Source: a virus
Lineage: Duplodnaviria > Heunggongvirae > Uroviricota > Caudoviricetes
DNA length: 64,000 bases
Strand: one strand, 5' to 3'
IMG/VR virus record: IMGVR_UViG_3300012573_000004
Shown: piece after piece, positions 20,041-28,871 of the stretch
Layout: every line of letters starts with the position of its first letter
Position numbering within the stretch: position 1 is the stretch's first letter
Position numbers and translations under genes: made by a program
The notes under the pieces: generated by a model
The model's input: the letters and a program-made list of their open reading frames with translations, nothing else
Told to the model about the DNA's origin: nothing
Database searches by the model: none

Positions 20041-20083
20041 AAACAACTATAACACATAAGAATACCACTTTGCAAAACTACTC

Positions 20084-20815
20084 TTAATCATAAAGGGAAA
20101 TACCCCTATCAGCAGCTTGTTTGATGCATTCATGCTTTAGGAATGGATAACATTCAGCAATTTGAAAATAGACATGTTTCCTTACAATATCAATAGCATC
20201 TTGCTTTCCTACAGAGTTGAAATACTCTTCCAACTCACCATCATAGGTAGTGCCATGATGTCTAAGATAGTTTACTGAAATCCTATTGAGGAAATCTTTG
20301 GAAGCATCACGTGGATCAACAGGAATGAAATCCCATTTTCCTCTCATCTCTTGCAAATCATTATAGCTATGTGCAGCTTTTCTATAGAGATTTTCCTTGG
20401 AGTAAAAACAGTATTTTTCTTTGAGAATAACCTCGTTGAGCCTTTGTTCTACTTTTTCCAATGTCTTTTTCTTCTTGGTAACTACTGCCTTTTCTGCAGC
20501 CTTTTTGCGCTTTTCATGCTGTGCTAGAGCGGTAGTAGCATCTTTTTGGAAAGTCTTATAGCCTTCTGCTTTCTTTACCCTTTTGGCCATATACCATGAA
20601 GTTAAAACTCCTCTTCTATAGGAGTTTTCAGTGGTGAAATCAGGACACCCTAGAAACTTTTCAATCCTTGTATCATTCCAACCAGCTCTTTTTCTTAGCT
20701 GGGTTTTTGTAAAAGCAACATCCCTGCTATCAGATTCAAAAACCTGCTTTTTCATCTTGCTTATCTTGTCATAATCTTGTTCTATCTCTTCCCTATAAGT
20801 TGCTAGTTTTCTCAT
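20084..20815 (-). CDS. Hypothetical basic protein, possibly nucleic-acid binding
   Basis: K/R-rich 243 aa ORF with GW....I..FL..PD and VNYLRH..T.YD motifs. Confidence 0.7.
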   Translation of the reverse strand: MRKLATYREEIEQDYDKISKMKKQVFESDSRDVAFTKTQLRKRAGWNDTRIEKFLGCPDFTTENSYRRGVLTSWYMAKRVKKAEGYKTFQKDATTALAQHEKRKKAAEKAVVTKKKKTLEKVEQRLNEVILKEKYCFYSKENLYRKAAHSYNDLQEMRGKWDFIPVDPRDASKDFLNRISVNYLRHHGTTYDGELEEYFNSVGKQDAIDIVRKHVYFQIAECYPFLKHECIKQAADRGISLYD

Positions 20816-20827
20816 AAAAATATCTTT

Positions 20828-21070
20828 CTATAGTCTATTGCTGATAGTAACTACTGGCATGCTGTAAGTAGTTTTATGTGTCATAGTTTTATCTCTCACA
20901 ACCATGATATCACCATAATCATAAATGTTTTTTGCATGGAACAATGCTTCCTGTTCTGTGGAATAAGAAGCCAAGGTTACATATTCATCCTTTTCAACAT
21001 CAAAAACTTGTACTTTGTACTCTGTTTTCATATCAGTAGTTGTGTGACTGGTAATCTTTTCTGGTGACAT
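20828..21070 (-). CDS. Hypothetical protein
   Basis: AAGGAG RBS; in an operon with 20084. Confidence 0.65.
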   Translation of the reverse strand: MSPEKITSHTTTDMKTEYKVQVFDVEKDEYVTLASYSTEQEALFHAKNIYDYGDIMVVRDKTMTHKTTYSMPVVTISNRL

Positions 21071-21142
21071 GTGATAGACATTCTCCTTTGTAATGATTTT
21101 TATTGATAGGTTTTTATCTTTTTCTCTAAATATAGTATAGCA

Positions 21143-21472
21143 TTAATCTTCAAGATGATAAGACTCAATGCGTTCAATCACATCAATATATTGCAGATTT
21201 AGATAACAATCCTCATCCAAACATTTAACCTTAAAATAATCAGGGTTTCTCATAATAATATCTTCTAGTTCTTGATAAGTGTATTCATTCCAGGAAAAGT
21301 CATCTTTCTTGCTCATATGGTCATAATCACTACATAAAGAAAGTACATGCTGATTAAAACTTTCAGGAGCTTGTGAAGTGGTTGTCACAGCAACATGAAA
21401 TGGCTGGGTAAGATCGTTATCATAGTATTCACCGATAAAGAAGTCAGCAATAAGATTGATTCTAATAGACAT
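21143..21472 (-). CDS. Hypothetical acidic protein, family H
   Basis: P..F and W....Y pattern shared with 43829, 53081, 54197, 59664; AAGGAG RBS. Confidence 0.7.
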   Translation of the reverse strand: MSIRINLIADFFIGEYYDNDLTQPFHVAVTTTSQAPESFNQHVLSLCSDYDHMSKKDDFSWNEYTYQELEDIIMRNPDYFKVKCLDEDCYLNLQYIDVIERIESYHLED

Positions 21473-21646
21473 ATAATCTCCTTGGTTTTCTACTTTGATA
21501 AAATATCATATCAGGAAGTTGCCAAGAAAAACACCCCTCCTATGTTTTTTTCGGTGTTTATTCTGTGTCCCTTTGGAACCTTGATAAAAAACACCAGGAT
21601 GTTGAAGATGATTGTTGCATCATTAGATATAGATATGATATTATTT

Positions 21647-21715
21647 ATCATGAAAACCCCGGAACGATCCCTGCACTACAAAAGTAGGAGCAAATCGCCG
21701 GGGTTATGGTTTTTT
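21647..21715 (+). ncRNA. Candidate sRNA, family R2 copy 1
   Basis: Long hairpin AACCCCGGAACGAT-CCCTGCA-CTAC-AAAA-GTAG-GAGCAA-ATCGCCGGGGTT followed by a T run; paralog at 60634-60706 shows compensatory changes. Confidence 0.55.
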
Positions 21716-21730
21716 AGCTGATTGACATTC

Positions 21731-21931
21731 TTACATACTCTGATCCTTCACCTCAGAAATCTTATCCTTGAAAAAGTACTTGTATACAACCCATGCTACA
21801 AGAGCTACTACAGCAATAGGAAGAACTGTTACAACAATCTTGATAGCAAGATCCAGCAATGTTGCAATCAACCAGCAAATGATAGCAATAGAACCAATGA
21901 ACTTGATAGCAGAAGACAATGCATGCTGCAT
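21731..21931 (-). CDS. Small two-TM membrane protein
   Basis: Start reassigned to MQHALSS after AAGGAG; two hydrophobic helices. Confidence 0.7.
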   Translation of the reverse strand: MQHALSSAIKFIGSIAIICWLIATLLDLAIKIVVTVLPIAVVALVAWVVYKYFFKDKISEVKDQSM

Positions 21932-22146
21932 GATATATACTCCTTGAAAAATAAGAGGGGAAGACCATATCCCCTTTGTGATGATGCACTTTCTATTATA
22001 AACAAGCTTCAAGAATAGATCAAGAGATAAGATAGAATACCCTCATATGGGGTTAGATCATATTTGTGTCCCTTTTTATAACTCTTACATATAAAAATCC
22101 TCCCCTGGAAAAAATCCAAGAGAGGAAGAGTTAGAAAAGATTCTAG

Positions 22147-22701
22147 CTATTTAACGTGATATCCTTCCTCAATATCTACGCTCAATGTAACCTTTGAAGA
22201 ATCCCTATCATAGCTCCATTTTGGGGTGAGGGTATAGGTATTTCCATCACGGACAGCAGCAATACTTCTTTCTTCATCTCCACCACCAAGGACAGATTTT
22301 CGTGGATTATCTATAACAGATTCTGGAATCTCATATTCTCCTAGCTTATCCTTGATGGCTTTATCAATATCTTCATGGTAAATATCAGTGACAGTATCTT
22401 TGGAATCATATTCAATTTTGCGGCTTTGATGCTCTGAATAAACAGGTTCGCTTAGCGCTTGTGCAGGAGATATATAAACAGGTGAAAATATTGTTCCAGC
22501 AAACCCTGCATATGCAATAAGTCCAAGAGAAAATATAAAAATAAAAGGATTATTTTTCATTATTCTAGGTCTTTTTTCAAAAAGAAGCATTATCAAAGCA
22601 AAGGTGATTGCATATACTACTAACATTATTAGGAGAAAACCAAGAAAAGACCATCCCATTTGCACCTGTGAAGTATCAATAGTTTGTTCAAAAATAGTCA
22701 T
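22147..22701 (-). CDS. Membrane protein, family F
   Basis: MTIFEQTIDTSQVQM start, two TM helices, soluble C-terminal domain ending SKVTLSVDIEE. Confidence 0.8.
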   Translation of the reverse strand: MTIFEQTIDTSQVQMGWSFLGFLLIMLVVYAITFALIMLLFEKRPRIMKNNPFIFIFSLGLIAYAGFAGTIFSPVYISPAQALSEPVYSEHQSRKIEYDSKDTVTDIYHEDIDKAIKDKLGEYEIPESVIDNPRKSVLGGGDEERSIAAVRDGNTYTLTPKWSYDRDSSKVTLSVDIEEGYHVK

Positions 22702-22798
22702 GATAGAAAGTTTCCTTCTGTTGTTGTCCATTGTGTTTTTATCAAAGTTTATAACATCAAAAGGAAAAGGAGAAATGCAGAAAGGATGATTTCAAAAG

Positions 22799-23335
22799 TT
22801 AGCTATTATTTTCCTCAATATCTACACTCAATGTAACTTTTGAAGCATCCCTGTCGTAATCCCAATGAGGAGAAAGAATATAAGTCTTTCCATTGTGAAC
22901 AGCTGTGATATCTCTTGTCTCATATCCTCCATTGAGAATAGATCCTTCTGCGGAAGTGTTTGAAATCTTATAATCTTCCAGCTTGTCCTCAACAGCTTTA
23001 TCAATATCTTCACGGTAGGTATCAGTAATAGACTTTTTAGAATGGTTTCTTGCAGTGTAGTTTTTAGACTCCCCATAGACAGGATGTTCTGTTGCTTTAA
23101 TAGAGGAAAGGTGAGTAGCTATAGAGACTGTAATGACAGAACCTATAATAGCAACAACAAAGGAATGAAACATATAGTGAGCAGTGTTATTTTTATATTT
23201 TTCCCTGCCTACAAGAATAAGGGAAAGGCAAAAAAGAAAAACCAAAAATCCTAGAAGAACTAGGAGAAAAACACCAAAAAGGGATAACTCCATTTGCACT
23301 TGTGAAGTATCAATGGTTTGCTCAAAAATGGTCAT
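22799..23335 (-). CDS. Membrane protein, family F
   Basis: Identical MTIFEQTIDTSQVQM N-terminus; tandem paralog. Confidence 0.8.
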   Translation of the reverse strand: MTIFEQTIDTSQVQMELSLFGVFLLVLLGFLVFLFCLSLILVGREKYKNNTAHYMFHSFVVAIIGSVITVSIATHLSSIKATEHPVYGESKNYTARNHSKKSITDTYREDIDKAVEDKLEDYKISNTSAEGSILNGGYETRDITAVHNGKTYILSPHWDYDRDASKVTLSVDIEENNS

Positions 23336-23451
23336 GATAAAAAAAGATAGTCCCCTTCTGGTGTTTTTCTATTATATCTTGTCAAGTTGTAATCTTATAA
23401 CATTAAAAGCATAGGGAAAAATCTAGAGTAGAAACATAAAAAAGTTAGCTA

Positions 23452-24003
23452 TTATTTTTCTTTAATATCAACACTCAATGTAACTTTTGAAGCATCTCCA
23501 TCATAATCCCAATGAGGGGAAAGAGAATAAGTTTTCTCATCTCGAACAGCTGTGATTTCTTTTACATTATATCCTCCATTGAGAATAGACTTTTCTGGTT
23601 TAGTGCCATCTTCAGCAGAAGTGTCTACAATATTATAATCTTTCAGTTTATCCTCAACAGATTTGTCAATGTCCTCACGGTAAGTATCAGTGAAAGATTT
23701 CTTGGAATGATTTTCTACATTATGATTTCTAGATTCTCCATAGACAGGTTGTGTTGTTTCTTTAAAAGTAGGAAGATAAATAGCCAAAGAGATGATAGTG
23801 ACAAAAGATGTAATAAGAACAATCAAAAGGTGAGATGCGAAAGTAATAGAGCTAGTGTCTTCACCTCTTTCTCTCATCACTACAATAAGAAAAAGAGTAA
23901 AAAATACAAGAAAAAATCCTATAATAGCTTGAAAAAAGATACCATAATCAGATGACATCATCTGCACTTGTGAAGTATCAATGGTTTGCTCAAAAATGGT
24001 CAT
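23452..24003 (-). CDS. Membrane protein, family F
   Basis: Identical MTIFEQTIDTSQVQM N-terminus; tandem paralog. Confidence 0.8.
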   Translation of the reverse strand: MTIFEQTIDTSQVQMMSSDYGIFFQAIIGFFLVFFTLFLIVVMRERGEDTSSITFASHLLIVLITSFVTIISLAIYLPTFKETTQPVYGESRNHNVENHSKKSFTDTYREDIDKSVEDKLKDYNIVDTSAEDGTKPEKSILNGGYNVKEITAVRDEKTYSLSPHWDYDGDASKVTLSVDIKEK

Positions 24004-24113
24004 GATAGAAAAATAGTTCCCTTCTGTATTTTCACACTGTGCTCTATCAAGCTCCAATCCTATAGCATCAAGGATAAAAGGAGAAATACAGAAGGGAAGA
24101 AAAACTTCTTATT

Positions 24114-24467
24114 TTAAGAAACAAAATCTCTCAAAACATCAGTGAAATATTGTGCAGCTTCAACAGCATGGATTATATCCTTAGCACAACGCAAAGATGA
24201 AGACTGATTGGCATCTGATCCATTGATACTATCCTCAATGAACGGGGTATTGATATCAACTTTAAATCTTTGGATAACTTCTGTGGAATCTTGTGGATTT
24301 TCCACAGCAACTAGATCAACATAGCGGCTGCTGCTTACTACTTGAACAAAACGATCATCACTGAGGTAAAAATCAAGAATAATGAGCTTAAATCCTTCAT
24401 GATCCCAATGATATTCCATTCCAGTTTTCAGTGCGTTTTCTTCTTTGTAACTAGGTGTATATTTCAT
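24114..24467 (-). CDS. Hypothetical protein, family L (weak)
   Basis: WD.E...L..; C-terminal A..A...F helix similar to 51583 and 58792. Confidence 0.65.
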   Translation of the reverse strand: MKYTPSYKEENALKTGMEYHWDHEGFKLIILDFYLSDDRFVQVVSSSRYVDLVAVENPQDSTEVIQRFKVDINTPFIEDSINGSDANQSSSLRCAKDIIHAVEAAQYFTDVLRDFVS

Positions 24468-24585
24468 GATATTTTCTATTTCCCTTTAATAGTTTTGGCG
24501 TAAAAGTAATGCTGTATCATTTTATCACAGGATGAGCATAGTGTAAATCTTTTTTCAATACTATGCTCACCCTGTGATTTTCCCC

Positions 24586-25152
24586 TTATGCAAAAAGAGG
24601 AGAGTTGCTATATTTCACCATTGATTCTACAAAGTTGTCATCTACTTCTTCAAAGTTTGAGAGATTATCCTCCACAACAGCCATAGCTCGCATAAGAAGA
24701 ACATCATTCTTATCAGCAGAAGACACCACAGCATGATATTCATCTCCATAAAAATCCATCATGTAGTTATCAGGAGAAACCCTATCCCCTCCCACTTTGT
24801 AGCGTGCTGCTTTTTCAATGTTGTGGTATAGTCCAATGAGATATCCTAGATCAAACGCTGAAGCAGACATGCAGTTGTTGAACTGTGGATGACTGTAGCA
24901 ATATGCAGAGGAAAGTGACATCTTCTTTGATACCTTGAACTTCCAGCACATATTCCCATTGAGACTGTCTCCTACTTTGATTCCATGGATCAAAGGTTGC
25001 TCAATGAGCTGGGAAAAGTATTCCTTGTTGTGAGAATTATTGTAAATAGTAGATGTAATATCTTTGATGTTCTTTCCTACAAATTTGCTTTCTGGAATAT
25101 TTTCAGCATTGAAAGATAGACTAAGAGCCTTTTCAATAACCTTACTAGACAT
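24586..25152 (-). CDS. Hypothetical protein, family K
   Basis: Start reassigned to MSSKVIE; PL..G.K.GD and LG...G shared with 28228. Confidence 0.7.
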   Translation of the reverse strand: MSSKVIEKALSLSFNAENIPESKFVGKNIKDITSTIYNNSHNKEYFSQLIEQPLIHGIKVGDSLNGNMCWKFKVSKKMSLSSAYCYSHPQFNNCMSASAFDLGYLIGLYHNIEKAARYKVGGDRVSPDNYMMDFYGDEYHAVVSSADKNDVLLMRAMAVVEDNLSNFEEVDDNFVESMVKYSNSPLFA

Positions 25153-25445
25153 GGTGTGCTTCTCCTTTGAGATAAATGTTGTTTTCCTTGGTGATTTCAA
25201 CTGTACAGTATAGAGAAGAAAAATTCAATAAAGATGCTATTTTCACCTCCAAACAGGGTTAGGTTAAAAAAAATGATCAACCTTCACAAAGAATGTGGTT
25301 TTCAACCCTGGTGGCTTTCTTTTCTTCTAGGTATAATCATCAAGCTGTCTACGAGGATATTTTTATAAGCTTTACAAAAAGAAAACCTCTTGTAATGCTG
25401 CCTTTTGATAGGCAACACATTGCAAGAGGAGGGAGGATTGTTTTT

Positions 25446-25673
25446 TTACTTCATCTTGATAGACATCACTTCTAGATCAACAATCTCATCATTAACAGAA
25501 GAGATATGTGCCCCGCGCTGAAGATCTTCATCAGCTTCTACAGATTCATGAATCCTAGAAATAGCATCTAGTGCTTCTACTGCAATATCACGGATTTCTG
25601 AAACTTGTGCATGGGAATCCTGTACCTTGTTCTTAAGTACATTAACAAACTGTTCAACATCATTGTGGTTCAT
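25446..25673 (-). CDS. Small coiled-coil hypothetical protein
   Basis: AAGGAG RBS, conserved promoter module upstream, terminator downstream. Confidence 0.75.
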   Translation of the reverse strand: MNHNDVEQFVNVLKNKVQDSHAQVSEIRDIAVEALDAISRIHESVEADEDLQRGAHISSVNDEIVDLEVMSIKMK

Positions 25674-25678
25674 TGTTT

Positions 25679-25770
25679 TTCTCCTTAGATGGTGTGTTTT
25701 CCTTTGAACACTTATTACTTTAGTGAGTAGTTAAGAAGTGATCAAGTCTTTACCCCCATTTGGGGGGGGT
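25679..25770 (-). promoter_or_regulatory. Conserved promoter module
   Basis: CCCCCCAAATGGGGG box, TTGATC-17-TAAAGT, GTTCAAAGGAAAACACACC leader. Confidence 0.75.
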
Positions 25771-26063
25771 GAACATTGAGAAAAATGTTGTGGCGAAACT
25801 GATGGGTTCTTAAGCGCAGTATAAGAATGTATTACTTGTACTAATCTACTAAAGATCTACATATCTCTGTGTCCCTTTCCATACACAAAGACTTTCTCCC
25901 TTTTTGCTTGATTTATCCAGGAAAAGTAACTAAGATAGAAGATGTATCATCATACACAACAGCAAAAAGATGTAAAAACACACAAAAAGGATATACAAAA
26001 AGAAAGGAGAAAAGTTGATTCCTTCATAGGGCTACACCTTATGGAGGTAGTCAGCTTAATACC

Positions 26064-27188
26064 ATGAAAGATAAAAAGATACGCAACTTTATCCTCTCTT
26101 CTGAGGATGATACATCTTTCTTCTTTACCTCTCTACCCTATGCTTTGGGGCTGAAAAAGATGCAAGATGTATATCAATCATCAGTGAATAAAGACACTTT
26201 ACAAGTGCAAGAAGTACCACTACTACATGTTGTTCGTGATCGTAATATAGAGTGTGTTTATCCTACTAATGAAGAGGATAAAGAATATATTGCTGCAGCA
26301 AAAAAGAAGCTAGGTTACTCTAGTGATGATTTTAATTCATTCATGGAATACGGGGCTGCTTCTCTGATTAATGCAATCCTTAACACTATCTTTGCTGTAT
26401 CAGTTTTTACGCTTCCTATTATACGCCTGATGTTCATGTGGCTTGATTATTCCCGCGCACCATTGCCTTTTGAGGAAAAGGCTTCTCTCCAAGAATATAT
26501 CCATAATAATTTAATCTCTTCTGGAAACATTGCCTTTATTGTCTTTATTCTTATATGTATCATTTTTCTTCTAAGAAGTATTTCGCTATGGAGTGAAGAA
26601 TATAGATCAGTAGAAGCATCAGCTCTAGCTTCAGAGCTGTTTCGCAGCAAGGTATCCATTATCTATGATCGCAATATGGTACTAGGAAGAACTTTTAAAT
26701 CACACTCTTGCCTGCCACAAAAGATCGTCAAAGATATATACAATGATGATTTTTCCACTTGTGCAAAACTTCTTTCCTGCAAGCCAACCTTTGATGATGT
26801 TATAGAGAAGTTTAAAGAAAAGACAGCAGAAGAAACACCTACTTATATCCCCTTTGTCTCCGATCAGCGCATTGGTGTTTTTAACGCAAATGAAAAAGTC
26901 CCTGATTCAGTCCAAAGGAATGTATATCACACAGTCATGGATATGCTGCAACACCTTGTTTCTACCACGCCATCTTTTGCACAAGATGATTATGGAAGGA
27001 AGAAACTTACCACCCTGCTTACCGTTGTAGCATTGAAAGCATTCTATGATGCAGTTCCTTTAGTGCAAGAGGATCAAAAAATGAAGAAGGAAACACACAA
27101 GATGAAAGAAGAGGATCACAAGAAGAAAAAGCAGAGAAATCATGATGAGGTAGATAGTACTTTTGATGCTTTCTTTGAGGTGTTTTAA
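26064..27188 (+). CDS. Two-TM membrane protein, possibly a distant family A member
   Basis: Two TM helices, charged C-terminal coil; GGAGG RBS. Confidence 0.7.
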   Translation: MKDKKIRNFILSSEDDTSFFFTSLPYALGLKKMQDVYQSSVNKDTLQVQEVPLLHVVRDRNIECVYPTNEEDKEYIAAAKKKLGYSSDDFNSFMEYGAASLINAILNTIFAVSVFTLPIIRLMFMWLDYSRAPLPFEEKASLQEYIHNNLISSGNIAFIVFILICIIFLLRSISLWSEEYRSVEASALASELFRSKVSIIYDRNMVLGRTFKSHSCLPQKIVKDIYNDDFSTCAKLLSCKPTFDDVIEKFKEKTAEETPTYIPFVSDQRIGVFNANEKVPDSVQRNVYHTVMDMLQHLVSTTPSFAQDDYGRKKLTTLLTVVALKAFYDAVPLVQEDQKMKKETHKMKEEDHKKKKQRNHDEVDSTFDAFFEVF

Positions 27189-27229
27189 TCACACAGGGAG
27201 TACTTCCACTTAGGTGTTATTCCTGATGC

Positions 27230-27502
27230 ATGGTAGAGTTATTTTTAATCAAATCTCACCATGCATCAGGAAGTTTTACTATGTGTATTTTTATTCAAAG
27301 CTGCAGCATTGAAGTTTATTTAGCAATTCGTGGATGGTCTTTGGCTTTTTTCCTTATTACCTTGGTTGTCTCTGCATTTTATCTGAAAGAATCTATCAAC
27401 AGTGATGACTCATTTAAAGAAAACCCTAAACTGTATAGCATTACAGCTATTTCCAGTATCATCACTGTAGCTTTTTTGTATTTGTTCTACTCCACATTCT
27501 AG
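27230..27502 (+). CDS. Small membrane protein
   Basis: Two hydrophobic segments; start uncertain. Confidence 0.45.
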   Translation: MVELFLIKSHHASGSFTMCIFIQSCSIEVYLAIRGWSLAFFLITLVVSAFYLKESINSDDSFKENPKLYSITAISSIITVAFLYLFYSTF

Positions 27503-27530
27503 ATCTAGGAAAGCAGAAGGTATAAAAACA

Positions 27531-28139
27531 ATGGTTATTCTTGATCAACCCGTTGATATAGACAACATACAAATGATGTCAAGATCTATAGCAGAGCTAG
27601 GTGTCCTAGTTATGCTGTTTTTCATTGGAATGCTTATGTTCCACATGCTTCATCCTAGTGGAGTCTTATATAGGAAAATGAAAGAAGTGACCATTGCAAC
27701 ATTTGTTAGCACATTTGTCCTTTGTGTTGTGCTTCTCCTTGTTGGAATATTCCTTATTTTTAATAGCTATAGAGTTATCGCACCATTAAAAGTTCCAGTC
27801 TATGAGAAATCATATAGTAATACTACCTCTGGAAAGCTATTCATCCAGAATGTAGAAAAACCTGTATTTAGTGACAAATACAGAGACAATATCAATGATG
27901 CAATAAATGACAAGCTAGGAAAGTACCATATTCCAGAATGCGAATTGGACAAACCAAAAGAGAACACATCTCTACTTTGTGGTGGATATTCTCTTGATGC
28001 TGTTTCTGCTATAGACCAAGAGACAAAAAAGACCTACACACTCACCCCTGAGCTTGATTATAGCCATGATTATACCCGCAAAATCTCCACAGTTCAGTTT
28101 TCTGTGAAAGAAGAAGAGGGTTATAAAGGCAATGTTTAA
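27531..28139 (+). CDS. Membrane protein, family F (divergent, inverted)
   Basis: MVILDQPVDIDNIQM, two TMs, PVY, D.YR..I..AI.DKL..Y.I, TYTLTP. Confidence 0.78.
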   Translation: MVILDQPVDIDNIQMMSRSIAELGVLVMLFFIGMLMFHMLHPSGVLYRKMKEVTIATFVSTFVLCVVLLLVGIFLIFNSYRVIAPLKVPVYEKSYSNTTSGKLFIQNVEKPVFSDKYRDNINDAINDKLGKYHIPECELDKPKENTSLLCGGYSLDAVSAIDQETKKTYTLTPELDYSHDYTRKISTVQFSVKEEEGYKGNV

Positions 28140-28227
28140 ACTTCTATAGCAGATTATATAAACCCCACAAGGAAATCTTGTGGGGTTTTGGCTATTTACA
28201 AGTCAACACCAACCTATAAAAAATCTT

Positions 28228-28692
28228 TTAAAAGGAATGTGGTTTGAAACCTAGTAGCATTCTTGTCTTCCAGGTGTAATCTGCCATGGTTCTATAAGGA
28301 TCTTTAGATTCTAGAAACTTCACCACATCTTCTGCAATGTCTTTTCCTGACATGCAACCATTGCTTTTATCAAAAAGAAGACATGCTTGTTCAACGTCTC
28401 TTTCAATCCCCAATGCAATACCTAGCTGAATGCAATAATATGCTCTTTCATTATTAAACTTATCACTGTAGACAGATACAGGATAGGCTAGTGTAGAAAT
28501 ATCATTTTTCATAGAAAACATATTTTGAGGAATGGTAGTGATTTCATCTCCTATTTTTACCCCTTCTAGCAATGGAGGAATGACAGTATTATTAAAGCTA
28601 TTTTCATCACTGGTAAGGTAAAAAAGCTCCTCTAAAATATAAATGATATCCTCATTAAGAATATCACTGTGGAAAGTGTGATTGTTAAGCAT
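28228..28692 (-). CDS. Hypothetical protein, family K
   Basis: AAGGAG RBS; PLLEGVKIGD resembles PLIHGIKVGD of 24586. Confidence 0.7.
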   Translation of the reverse strand: MLNNHTFHSDILNEDIIYILEELFYLTSDENSFNNTVIPPLLEGVKIGDEITTIPQNMFSMKNDISTLAYPVSVYSDKFNNERAYYCIQLGIALGIERDVEQACLLFDKSNGCMSGKDIAEDVVKFLESKDPYRTMADYTWKTRMLLGFKPHSF

Positions 28693-28871
28693 GGATATGT
28701 TGTCTCCTTATTAATGGTTGTTTTTAACTATTATTGTATATTCTTTTTCTCCAACATTCAAGACAATATAGTGGCACTGACACATTTGTATCCCTTTGTT
28801 GACGTATGAACAAACCCTCTTCTAGGTTTCTTTTAGAAGAGGGTTTTATCAGTTATTGGTTGTCAAAATAT

